From Azolla caroliniana (lineage: Eukaryota; Plantae; Polypodiophyta): a stretch of DNA of 64,000 nt. This document shows, one piece after another, positions 1-12,198 of the stretch (position 1 is the stretch's first letter; each line of letters starts with the position of its first letter). The translations under genes were made by a program, and so were the position numbers. The notes beneath the pieces are model-generated. The model was not told the origin of the DNA and did no database searches. It saw nothing but the letters and a program-made list of their open reading frames with translations. The DNA is taken from assembly GCA_043228905.1 (NCBI GenBank), contig JBHGNT010000002.1, positions 7,130,001 to 7,194,000 of the forward strand, in the 5' to 3' direction.

Positions 1-1118
1 ACTTCGCCAACATGTTCGATGGTATGCGGGATGTTATCTCCCGTTTCGACAACCCCTCGTGATTCGAGCTTCTCCAAGTACGAGAACCATTCCTCGTGAC
101 TTATCATATGATTCGACGCTCCGGAATCCACATACCACACCTCACTCGATTTCGAGGTGTTCACGGCCATTGAGTTGGCCTTATGCTTCATTACGAAGGC
201 AGGGCCCGTTCCATTTCCGGCTCGTTCAGAGCCTTCCGTGTTCTCTTGCCGTCTTCCGGCGCCACCATGACTCCCCCTGCTTCTGGAGGGTTCGGAATTG
301 CTTCCGACATCTCGATTATGCCATCCATTCTGCTCCTTTCGGCCGCCTCCATTGCGCGCTGATCCGCCTCGTCCACCACGACCACGGGGCCTATCATCCT
401 CCGTGTAGAGCATCTTGCCATCGGCGTGCGCACTCGTTGACGCACCCGCATGGTTTTCCTCTACGAGCAACATTACCTAAAGCTCGAAAAACGAAAGCGT
501 ATTCTCCCTGGTGCAGACCGCCGTTCGGAAAGCTCCGAAATTAGACGCTAACCCGCTAGGACAAACCTACACCATCTCGTCCTCCTTGACGTTCACATTG
601 ACAGAGGCGAGTGAATCACAAATTTCTTTAATCTTGGTGGTGTAGTCAGCCACTGACATATCTCGTTGTCGTACATTGCTCAACTCTTGCCTAAGTTGAA
701 GCTTCCTGGTTGTAGTGCTTGCGCTGAAGACCTTTTTTAGGTTTCCCCAAGATTCTTTGGGCATCTTGGCGTCTCGGATATGGCTCAACAGCTGGTCTTC
801 GACACTGGACACAAAGCAATACATCACTCTGCTTACTGCTTGTTCCCACATTGGGAAGTCCTTGTGTGTCGCATCAAGTGTTGTGTCGTTAGCTATGTCG
901 ACATAATTCCACTAGCCATGCCCAAGCAGGTACTAGTGCATCTTGTACGACCAAGATGCGAAGTTGGATCTGTTGAGTTTCTCCACAGGGAGCGAGCTAG
1001 CCATTCCTCAGTCCATATTACTATCTTTTTCTTTTCCGAACAAAAAAAACGAAGAACAACTTCAACTCTATTTTATCGCAAGCTTTCCTTGTCGGCTACA
1101 GAGGACTTCAACCCTCGC

Positions 1119-1130
1119 GCTCTGATACCA
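1119..1130 (-). promoter_or_regulatory. Primer binding site, initiator tRNA-Met
   Basis: gctctgatacca = reverse complement of TGGTATCAGAGC, directly next to the LTR end at 1131. Confidence 0.9.
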
Positions 1131-1199
1131 TGTAAAAGAATAGCGTATGCGAAACACAGAGTACATAGTTCTGAAAACAAAAGAAAACATAGAGAGGGA

Positions 1200-1234
<35 letters not shown>

Positions 1235-1335
1235 CAACTTAGTTCTATTTCAAAATAATGGTACTTTGTACATAGGATGTGCTTAGTGAGCACTTTTATA
1301 CAAGTCCATACAGATTGACAAAAGTACTGACACGT

Positions 1336-2107
1336 TGTCATGCCTTTTGGCGCCAAATCACTATGTGAGTCAGGTGGGAACCACTGGGGTTTTGGACTAG
1401 GAGGAGGAGAGTTTTAAGGCTATTGTATTTATTAGATTATTCAATATTAAGATAAGAATATGAATTTGGATTAAAAGAGAGATATTAAAAACTGTGAATC
1501 CCACAAGTATAGATTATTAGATTTATTAATATTTAGAATCCTAATAACAATTTATCATAGATTGAAAGAGATAGATTTTATAAAACTTTGTGAATCCCAC
1601 GATTATATTTTATTAATTGGTGTTTTAGGAAATATATCCAATTTCCAAATATTCCACACCCCCCTATTACATTGTGCTCCCCATCCTTATATAGTGATGA
1701 GAGAGTCTTAATAATCCATGCTTTTTCTCTAACAATAGACTATATGCTTTATCTAACATACTTTTTCTAAAGTGATCTTGCTTTTTCTAACTTGATGTGT
1801 TTTTATCGACTATAGTGTTTATGCACGCTAGATGTGCATCTGTAGCTTTTTCTTTTATCATGCATTTTCTTCTAACTATAATTTATCCTAGCATGAACTT
1901 ACCTTTCTATGTGGGACATCTACATTATTATTATAAATGTTGTGTTAGTGTAATGGTAAGGCTTTACATTATTAATATGGAGGTGCAAGGTTCAAATCTT
2001 GCCCTATAAATTTAATTTATATTTTAATATTTTCTTCTATTTCTTCATATTTATTGAATCTAGTACTATATATGTTTTTCACGTAGTGTACGAAATACAT
2101 TACGACA
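1336..2107. mobile_element. Solo LTR (TGTCATG...CGACA) with 4-bp TSD ACGT, inside the Copia LTR
   Basis: ACGT at 1332-1335 and 2108-2111; TG...CA termini; removing it restores a Copia LTR collinear with 7008-7246. Confidence 0.85.
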
Positions 2108-2556
2108 ACGTACTTCAATGCTCAAAACTGAGCTCTACACTAACTCCCAAAATATATTCCTACACGGAATATCTTTCCAACAGCCTCGCGGTTTACGCAC
2201 CGCTACGGCTTACGTTATCACGCACAGTGTTACGCACCCAACGTTGAGCTTGTCACTCAACAATATTCTCATTTTTACGCCAAGCATGGAGGAGCACACC
2301 CACCAAGTCCGATTAGTTCTTGCCAAACTTTGGGAGCATGGCCTTTATGCCAAAAGGGAGAAATATGAGTTCGACTGTACCTTAATCGAATTCCTTGGCT
2401 ACATCATCTCACCCATTGGCATCATGATGGATATGAAGGTCTCAATCATTCGGGAGTGGGCAACTCCAAGTCAACATAGAGATGTGCAATCCTTCCTTGG
2501 CTTCGTGAATTTTTACCGACACTTTATTAAGGGGTTTTGCAACCTAGCACAATCTT

Positions 2557-2786
2557 TGTCATGATATGGCAAGACTCAAACCCATGACCTTATGTTATAT
2601 GGGTCGAGCTCTTGACCATTATACCATCTATTGTAATACGCAGGATATTATTTTCATTTAAGTTTTATTATAGGAAATTAATGTATATTCCAGATTTCTC
2701 TAAAACATTCTAGAAGCTTCAGGACTCCTCTTGAGAACACTATAAAAGGAGGCACAAGGAAGAGGAGAGAGAGAGAGATAGTGAGG

Positions 2787-2823
<37 letters not shown>

Positions 2824-3313
2824 ATAGCAGATGATATATTATATGAAGAGTAAGTACAAAATGGTTATGAGTCTTAAGACGCCAGTGTCATGATATGGCA
2901 AGACTCGAACCCATGACCTTATGTTATAGGGGTCGAATCTTGACCTTTATACCATCTATTGTAATACGTAAGATATTATTTTCATTTAAGTTTTATTATA
3001 GGAAATTAATGTATATTCCAGATTTTTCTGGAACATTCTAGAAGCTTCAGGACTCCTCCTGAGAACACTATAAAAGGAGGCACAAGGCATTATATTGAAG
3101 CAAATTGGTTCAATGCCAATCTTAAGCCTCATAGCCATTTTGTACTTACTCTTCATATAATATATCATCTGTTATCATCATCTCTCTCTCTCTCTCTCTC
3201 TCTCTCCCCCTCTCCCTCTCTTGGGAGTTTTACGCAGTCCCGTCCTCTTAGTACTAATAGTACTTCCCTTCTCCAATACTAATTCTCTCTCTGTTTTAGT
3301 ACTATTCCTGACA
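2557..3313. mobile_element. Rearranged solo-LTR-like insertion (internal duplication plus inversion)
   Basis: TGTCA...GACA termini; flanks atctt/atctc; 2557-2758 repeated at 2886-3088; ~2790-2879 is the reverse complement of ~3120-3205. Confidence 0.7.
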
Positions 3314-4958
3314 ATCTCTTATCGTCCTCATCCGCAAAGGTACTCCCTTTTTATGGACCTCGGTGGCACAAAACGCGTTTGACTCAAACAAACATTCATC
3401 ACTGCCCATGTGCTTCTACATGCCAACCCCAAAAGACCCTTCCAGGTCGAAACCAATGCCTCTGACTTCACCATTGGTGCCACCTTATCCCAGGCAAATG
3501 ACCCAAGCACCACACACCTAGTGGCTTACTAGTCCCGAAAATTCATTGCATCTAAAATCAATTATTTTATCTACGACAAGGAGCTTGCTACTATCATTGT
3601 TGCCTATGAAGAATGACGCCCATACTTGGAAATTGCACAACATCGTGTTCAGGTAGTGACTGATCATAAGAATTGAGTCTATTTTTCCACCATTTGTACT
3701 TTGAATCGAAGGTCTGCCCGATGGTCAACATTTCTCAGTGACTATGATTTTGAGATCGTATTTCGACCTGGTCGACAACATGGGAAGGTCGATCCCCTTT
3801 CTCATAGAGCCGAACTTCCAATCTGCCTATGGGATGCCGCTTATGCTCAACAATCTCGATGTTTGCTAAAACCCAACCAATTGCATCTTTTGCCACTTGT
3901 ATGTTACAAGATGATTCCTTACTCCAACAAATCACTGATGCATCCACAATCGATATGTTCACTGACGAGATTCGAGATAGTCTTCAAAACCATTCAAGGT
4001 GACCAAAAGGACGGACCTTGACCACTTCACCATACCAGATGATTTGTTATTCCAAGATCGTCTCTTATACGTCCCGAAGGGCTCATGTCGCACCCGGGTG
4101 TTGCGGGAATGCCATGATGACCCACTTGCGGGTCATTTTGGGGCCGCAAAAACCCTCGAACTAATCTCTTAGGGGTATTGGTGGCCACAACCATGGAATT
4201 TGGTCAAAGAATAAATCAAGACTTGTGATGTTTATGTTGTCATGAGGATTTTCGTCTATGGTGAGAAAACCCGGGCGGGATGAATAAAATGGGGATGTGC
4301 AACATTGCACGTCCACTTGATAGAATTGTAAAATAAAGTAACAAATGTAAAAGGAAGGGTAGAATGTAAGGTGCTAAAAGTGCACTACAAAGTTTGTGAA
4401 GTGTAAAGGTGATGTGTACTTAGGGGCTCATGCCCATGTAGACTAAAGGGGAGTCCATAGGAGTACGGATGTAGTGGGTAGTGGCATAGAGTGTGAGGGG
4501 AGAGAGTTAAGGCCCCATCAATCTATAATCAAGGGGAATATTCCCTATTAAAAGAAGGGGATTTGACCCCTCCTTATGTAATGTGCCTCACCCCTTACTA
4601 CTATAAAAGGGAGCGAGGGGTCACTTTAGAAGGGCTTCCACTTTGGGGTTTCTTTGGGTCGTCATTTTGTTGGTTTGGGTAGACCATTAGGGTTTCGGAT
4701 CTTAGGATTTCGGGTTTAGGGTTTCGGTTAGGGTTTCATCTAGCGGTTTACATTCGGCCTACACGGCCATGGTTCTAACTCATGTGGTGTTTTTGTAATA
4801 TAATCATTCAATGGATCTTTACTCGGTTAAACTCTCAAGCTTCCTTCCCTTTCCTCAATCCCTAGTCCAAGATCCCCGCGGTTCCGTCCTACCCGACACG
4901 CACGCGCAAATTTCCACGACATCTTTGATGAACAAGACGTGAAGGGCGGCCAGGGAGA

Positions 4959-5600
4959 ATGATGATAGAGGAAGAAGATTTAGAGGAAGTGATGTTGAGC
5001 ATGATTATGAAGTTTTCAAAGGAAAGAGAAAGCCGGGATGCGGCTCAACAAGCCGTCGAGAGCATGGTTAAGAAGGTCGGTTGTTTCTTTGGGAGCGAGG
5101 TCCCGAAATTTTTAGAAGCCTACAATGCCGAGATGACGGCGAGGGGGGTAGACAAAGCGACGAGGCTAGAGTATTTTCACCGGGTGGCGGCCATGTTGGT
5201 TCATGAGGAGATAAGGACGCTTCAAGGACGTCATGGGTCACGGGTGTCATTCGAAGAGGCACTATTAGAGACATACAGGTATGAGAAACCAGAGGGGCAA
5301 GGTCAGCGTGAGTTCGATCGATGGGTGACGTCGGTGAAGGCCCATGAACGCAATGAAACCATTCCAAGAGTTCAAGCGCCCTTTTGCTTAACTCTCGGAG
5401 CGGGATCGGAGATCGGTGGGGGCGGACAAAGTAAAACTATTTTTTAAGTCGGTCCATCGGGAGGAAAGGATGGACATTCTACTCGAACTCGAAGATGATT
5501 ATGGGGCACACGGCCTCACTGAGGATTGGACCGAAGTGGAATGGGTATGTCGGTGACATGAGGAGAAGCGGTCGGCCGCAACATGACCCGCGAGCGGCGA
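4959..5600 (+). pseudogene. Decayed gag N-terminal region of the tRNA-Trp element
   Basis: KKVGCFFGSEVPKFLEAYNAEM...RLEYF...SFEEALLE; frameshifted; a similar peptide (QKIGQFYGEDIMRFLEVYE) lies on the minus strand at ~30200-30257. Confidence 0.6.
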
Positions 5601-7246
5601 TGAAAAGAGGGTGGTGAGTGACTACGCACTACCACTAGGAGAGAGCTCATTGCGTAAGGGTTCGGAGGAGTTCAACCTAGAAGTATTGGTACGGGAAGCA
5701 TACGAGATCTTGAAGAAAAAGGTCGAAGCCGAAGAAGGGTTTATTATGGAGTCGAGCATGAGAGGATCAGAGGACGGGGCAGAAGACACCTCCCTAAGCA
5801 GGAAGGACAGGGCCTATGAGGAGGCCGAAGAACGGTGGTGGAGTTCGACGGGAGAGGGTGCAAAGCAAGCCACCCTCTCGACTTGTGGAGGAAGACTGAG
5901 CGAGGATAAGGTCAGAATTGGGGAGGCAAAGGTTGCAGGTTCGGAAGAGGTCTGATGGTTTCGGGCACGGTGGTCTGAAACGTCGCTTGCATAATCGATG
6001 ATGAGATGGCCACGGAAAATGGCGTCTGGATGAAGGTGGCTTTAGCCAAGTTGTCGGCGAGTGATGGTACTGGGACATTCCCCACACCGATTCTAGAGAC
6101 TTGGGCAGTCAGGCCCGAAAGCCAACGTGAGACCGGAGAAATGGAAGGTGGCGGCAGGGAAGCGAAGGACAAAAATGGTGATATGGGAGACGGTGCAGAG
6201 CGAGCGACCCTCTTGTCTTGCGGAAAAAGGACGACCATGGAGAAGGTCGGGGACTACGGAGCAATAAGCGCCACTTTGAGAGTGGGCGGAAGTTTCGGGA
6301 CACGGTTGCCCGAAAAATCGAACGAGGAGGAGGCAAGCGTAATCGAGGCTTGCGTAATCGAGAACGGGGTAGCCACAGACAACGGCGTCCAAATGGAAGT
6401 AGCTCCGGACATGACATCGATGAGCGAGGGTGCCGGGACTTTGCCCACACCGGTTCTAGAGTTGCGGCAATTCTCGGGTGCGCTTGGGTTGTGACACCTC
6501 GATGTGCCGAACTTGAGGGGGAGAGAAGTCCAGGAAGACCACGGCAAGGAGCAAGAAAGGAGCGAAAAAGACCGTTACGCCGAGTTGGATGACAAAATCG
6601 ATTTCGGGTCGGCTGAGGAAGCCGAGGGCGGATCTGCAAAAGAGTTCGAAAGTGGACGTGAGGGCAATAGTCAAAAAAAAGAGCCGAATCCAGCCAAGCA
6701 TGGGGGAGATGAAGCCAACTCGGATGAGAGCGAAAACCGATCGCAGGAAGCCAATTCGGTTCGGATGTTTGATTCAGAGACGCTGAATCAACCAAGGGCC
6801 AAGCGGAAGAAAGGGCAGTCGAAGAGGCGCCAACACCGCAACAGCAAGGGAGCTGAGAAGGGTCACACAAGCACACACGCTGACCGGAAGGGTCGAGGTG
6901 CGCGGAATCGAACAGGTCGAGGAGCGCGAGCGAGGCGTGAAGCTAGAAGAAACCGGAGCGGTGATCCGAAAGAACCAGAAGAGCCTCAAGTTGAGCTTGA
7001 GGGGGAGTGTTGAGATACAAGCTCAACATTGCCCGGATCGGTTGTGCAAGCCGAGAACCAGATCGGTTGGGACCGATCGGTTAGGCCGGACCGGTGCATA
7101 AACCAGGTGCGTAAACCGGTGCGCAACAAGAAGCCGTAGCAGTGCGTAAACCACAAGGCTGTTGGAAAGATATTCCCCGTAGGAATATATTTTGGGAGTT
7201 AGTGTAGAGCTCATTTATGAGCATTAAAGTACGTGTCAGTACTTCA

Positions 7247-7681
7247 TGTTAACTCTTAGGGCTAGACAATGGCCTAACACAGGGTGTCTACGGAACACAC
7301 TTCACCAAAGGGATGTTACGGCAAGAGGATTAGGCTCAACGATTAATCCGACTTAATTAGGTTACTTAGCAAGATCGTCCTTAATAATCACACGCGTAAG
7401 ATATAACAATGAATGCAGAACGGCAATTAACACAAAGAGATAAAAAACATTAAGCTTTATTAATTAACCGCTCCTCATTACATTGCATCCGGGCCTTTAA
7501 ATAGGTTTCCGGTTTGTAGTACAAAACGGTGCCATCCGCACCTGTTCAGGATCGGTCTGGATCCGGAACGGCATACCATTCCGGTCCGTCCGTCCACACT
7601 GATAGCTTACTTACAACCATTCCTTAATAATTAAATAACTCCTTCGTTACACACTCTGGACTCCTTTGCCGGCCAGTAACA
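7247..7681 (-). repeat. 3' LTR of the Gypsy element
   Basis: Direct repeat of 17437-17872 with TG...CA ends. Confidence 0.95.
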
Positions 7682-7683
7682 CA

Positions 7684-7700
7684 TGGCACGCCCGTGGGAC
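7684..7700 (+). promoter_or_regulatory. tRNA-Arg 3'-end-matching site at the position where the PPT should be
   Basis: tggcacgcccgtgggac, 2 nt from the LTR; matches the Arg-type PBS TGGCACGCCCGGTGGGAC (recalled) with one gap; no purine tract on the element strand. Confidence 0.7.
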
Positions 7701-7736
7701 AGTACCTTGTACGTCGAATCCACCATCCGACCCTTG

Positions 7737-10700
7737 CTATTCTTCGTCCAAAATATCCAGAATGCTTTGTTCAAGAGTCTCCAATGGTTCATCTGGAATT
7801 GGTTGTGGTTGTTGTTGTTGTGGTTGCTGCTGCTACTATTGCTGCTCCATTGATGGCTGCTGCGACTGGTCCGTTGGTGGCTGTTGCGACTGCTCCTCCG
7901 TTTGTCGCTCTGACACCGGCGTTTCCGTCGTTGCTCCCACCATCGTAGTGGTCTCCGATTGACTAGTTCCGGCCTGGCCCTCGGCCGGCGACGGTTCCTC
8001 ATCACTAAGGTTAATCGTTGCCGCTTCCCCTGCTTTTTCTTCCCGAACCCGGGACCGCTCATAGCTTTCAAACTGGATTTGAGCGTCCAGCCTATCATCG
8101 TCTAGCTGAGCTACGAGTTGCCAGACCTGTACCAGTTGTTCATCCGCCAGGACTTGGAAGTCTTCAGCCAGCTCGTCCCGTATGGCGATGAAGTCCTCGG
8201 AAGTCAACGTGTAACAATCATCTCCTTCCTTCCGCCGGTTTGCCACGTCTGCCCGTAGCAATTGGAGTTCTGTCGTATTTTGTGCCCACTTTGTCCACCA
8301 TCTTACGGAGCTTTCGTCAATCAAGCGTTTTGTCTAATTCAGCCATGCCCGGAGGATGCACTGAATCCGGCCCGTTCCCATCTGCGATTTGATCTCCGCA
8401 GCTTGCCGTTCCTCCTTCAATTGCTTGATGATTTTGACGTTGTCTTCCGCCTGCTCCTTGTAATGCGTCAATTGCCTTTGATATGTGCTTTGTAATTTTT
8501 GCAATACCGTTGACGCTCTCTCCATTTCTTCCTGCTGCTGCCTCTGGACCTCCATCCGGACCTTCTCCGCCTCGTCCAACCGTCTTGTATTTTCCGCTCA
8601 TTCGTCGGCGAGCGCCGTCGCCGCCTGATCAACTTCCTTCTAGAGCTCGGCCACCCGTTCCTTATGCTCCGTTTCCAGCCGTTTGTAGTCCCGGTGCAGG
8701 TGCTCAAAATCATCTGTCTTTTGTTTGAGCTATGCGTTGATCTGTCGACGGGCCCGGTTCTCGCGGTCCTTCTACTGGCGGAGCTCCTCCTTTAGCCGTT
8801 CAATTTCCGTTTCCGCCGTCTTCCGCAGGTTGTCCTTTTCTTGCAGCACTTTGTCTTTTTCCTCCCTTAGCCGGTCGTAAGCTTGATGGCCTTTCCAGAG
8901 GCTCTCCTCTGTCTGGCGGAGGTTCTCAGCAGTCTTCTTTAATTCGGCTTCAGCCGCTGTCTTCAATTCCCGTTCACGGCTCCTTAGCGCTTCTTGTGCG
9001 GCAAGTTCATCTCTCAATTCTGCAAGCTCCCAGGCTTGCGCCACATCTCTCTCTGGAACGGTTTCCGTTGTCGGGGTCTTATTAGTATGTACAGGTTGGT
9101 CTGTTCCTTTATTCTGTACAGTTACCAGAGTCATCGGTGATTGGATCTGTGTTGCTGTTAAGGCCATTTTGGCCATTTCTGCCATGACCTGATCCAAGTC
9201 TTTTTCAAGGCACCGGATTCTGGACCGGGCCGTCTCTAGTTGTTCGGTTGTGACGAGCAACCGTTCGCTTTGCGCTCTTTCTTCCGCCTCAATATACCCC
9301 ACTGCTCCGGCAATCTGTTCGCCTATCCACCGGAGCCACAGGCTACCGGTGCATTGTTGTTGCGCTTGCATGGCGGTTTGACGGATGGGCTCGCTTGTGG
9401 ATGGGTGGTCCCGCCTGATTGCGCCGAGTTGCAATTCCGTTTCTGCCCGTGGACCATCCTGCTGTCCTGGTTCCCCTTGCGCTTCTTCTTGGTTGGCCGA
9501 GGGAGGCTGCATTGACCTTTCTGGCACTGGCGGAATGGGACTTGCCGGTGCTGCCGGTGGTGCAGGGGCTTCTGATTCCGGTGCCATGCGCGCCGGTTCC
9601 GGTTCCTCCCTTGGCGTGGGAGTCTCAGTATGGGGAGCTGGTGTTCCCTCCGTCTGAGGGTCCAAACGTTTCCCGGCTGCCTCAACGGTCCTTGCCGACG
9701 ACCGTCGCTGGAGGTGCTCTGTAGGCTCCTCCTCTATTTCCTCTTCCTGAGTCCCGGTATTGAGTTTCGCCGCCAAGGGGTTCGCTTCTCTATTCACCGG
9801 TTGGCGGAGTGTGATCTTTACGGGCCGTACCGGTGATTCCTCCTGCGTATCCGTTGGCCGCTTCCGGCTGGCGCTCTCCTTTCCCGCCTGTTCTGCGTCC
9901 GCCGCCTTCCCCTTAGTGGCCTTAGAGGCCAACAACTGTTGTCTTTTGGAAGCAGTCTTTGGGGTGCCGTCCGCCACTCTTCCCCGCTTCTTGGGCTCGA
10001 TGGGCTCAACGGATGGCACAAGCAAGGTGAGACACTGCGTTACTACGTGCCATATCCTCCGTCCGTCTCGGCCTTCTTTGCCGTCTTTTCCTCTAACGAT
10101 TTCGATCGCCGCACACAAACCGTCTGCGATCAATACCGGCCAATCCACCTTGATCCCTTCATAGGTGGCGATGATCATCCTTGCCCGGTTCTGCGGCATG
10201 ACAGGGGGTCTAGGGTACACATGGCCGTATTCGTGGAGCACACGGCCAATCTCGCGGAACAACATATCTCCACCGCCTTGTGTCCGATAGCCCTTGCTGG
10301 CTAGGGAGTACTCACCAAAATACCTGATGAGTTGCTCCGAGGTCGGATTGTCAATCGTGAATATGCCTCCCTCTGGAAGGCCTGTTAACGCACGAACCGC
10401 CTCATCCGTTATGACCTCTGTGTCAATTTCCTTGATCACCTTGTCAGCTTCTTTGTGTGGCAGTGCCTCCATAATCGTCAAGAAGCCCTCGAGCCCGTGT
10501 AGCTTTAGCCATTTCTTGGCGGCTTCCGACAGCGTCTGCGGGTCCATGTCTGTGTCGAGGTCGGATTGTGGTGGTGAGGTTGGATGCTGATGAGAGTGAG
10601 AGTGACCGAGAGAGAGTTCAGAAAGCGGGGGTTCTCTGTGCGTAGGTTCTCGTTTGATGATCTTCCAACGCCTTGGTGCTTCTGTGCTCCTGGGTTCGCG

Positions 10701-10844
10701 AAAGTAGAGGGTCTCCATGCGCAGTGGTTTTTCTCTGTGCATTCTGGCGCCTTTTTCGAGCGTGTGTACTAAAATAGCATTATGTGATGTGGCAGCCCTT
10801 AAATGCCTACTACGTACCTTTTCGCTCCTCGCTCTCTCGTCCAT
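7737..10844 (-). pseudogene. Extra ORF 3' of pol (690-aa open part 8772-10844, continuing through stop/frameshifted pieces 8334-8771 and 7836-8324); globular N-terminal domain, Pro/Glu-rich linker, long coiled coil
   Basis: ORF track; heptad-rich E/K/R/Q segments; sense orientation between integrase and the 3' LTR. Confidence 0.7.
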
Positions 10845-10937
10845 TCATACCTCGCTTTTGCATGATTACTTCGCTTTTTTTTTCTTTTTTTTTTGTCGTG
10901 TGAGGTTACAGACCCTTACCGGCCTCATTCTCCCCAG

Positions 10938-12154
10938 TTATCGGCTCGTCGTCTCGGTGGTTGCCGTTTCCGCACTGGTGTCGGTCCTTTGCTCAAATGG
11001 GTTCTTGGGCATCGGTTCTCTATATGGCTTCAATCTGAATCCGTTGACCCATTTGCCTAGCACTTCGCCGGCAAGTGTTCCTAACTGGTAGGACCCATTA
11101 TACTCACGTGTCAGCCAATACGGGCCGGTCCATCTAAACCGTAGTTTACCCGGCATCTTGCCCATCCGGGTCTGAAATACTAACACCGGCTTGCCGATTC
11201 CGAACATTTTTTCATTTCCTTTCCTATGCCGGTCGACAAATGCTTTCCGTCGCCGTTGTTCCAATTCTAAGTGCAGGATGCTTGCCAGTCGTTGTTCCTC
11301 GAGTTCACACAGCGTTGTTAACCGTATTGCCTCCAACTCCTTCTCGTTCAGCCGTTCCCGTAGCTGGATCCGTAAGCTTGGTACTTGGAATTCCACCGGC
11401 ATGACCACCTCTAGTCCGAACGCTAACCGAAACGGTGTTGTTCGGATGCTCGTTTTGTATGATGTCCGGTATGCCCAAAGCGCGCTATGTAGCTTGGTAT
11501 CCCAATCCGTTCGGTTTTCGTTGACGATCTTCCGGAGGATATTCTGGAGCGTTTTGTTCGTCGACTCAGCTAACCCGTTTGCTTGCGGATAGTACGGTGT
11601 GCTCCGTTTATGGACAACGTCATAGAATGTCGTCAGGCTTTCAACTACTTGGCCGAGAAAGTGACCCCCTTGGTCGCTTATTAATTCGATAGGGCATTCG
11701 TAACGGCACCAGATGTATTCGTATAGAAATTTTGCCATTGACACAGCGGTGTTGTCTCTTAAGACTTTGGCATCCACCCATTTCGTGCAGTAATCCGTCG
11801 CGACGATGACGTACAGATTACCTGTTCTCATTGCCGGTGGTTTGAACGGTCCAACAAAGTCCAGCCCCCACTTCTGGAATGGTTCGAGTGGTAGTACAGG
11901 CTGGTGTGGCATCCGAGCCTGCTCCGTTGGCTGGCCCATTCGTTGGCATAGGTCACATTCTCTTGCATACCGTTGTCGTGAAGATTTTCGTCCACGAGCA
12001 GAAACCCGAGCAACGAGAGCCAAAGAGCGATGTGCAACGTTGCACACGTACATAATGTATTTGTAATAATAATAGGGGAAAAGGGTATGGTGCTAGAAAT
12101 GCCCCATAAGATCCCTAAGGTATAAAGGCGATGTGGTCTTGTGCGCACATCCAC

Positions 12155-12198
<44 letters not shown>

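Larger units (their letters stand above)
1..2262 (-). mobile_element. Ty1/Copia LTR retrotransposon, 5' part (5' LTR 1131-2262 interrupted, PBS, decayed gag-protease); runs off the left edge
   Basis: Minus strand reads TGTTGAG...TTACA LTR, then TGGTATCAGAGC PBS (1119-1130), a UBN2-type gag (ORF 567-851 and flanks, with stops) and protease motif VWYVDSGASNHM near 105-140. The LTR is homologous to the one at 7008-18102. Confidence 0.9.

Noticed and set aside
5611-7013. Many overlapping 100-255-aa ORFs
   Set aside because: GA-rich internal and UTR sequence of TEs with a diverged ~360-bp duplication; no domain motifs.
7160-7170. TGTTGGAAAG as the start of the Copia LTR
   Set aside because: Homology with the other copy extends to TGTTGAG at 7008, which directly follows the PPT.
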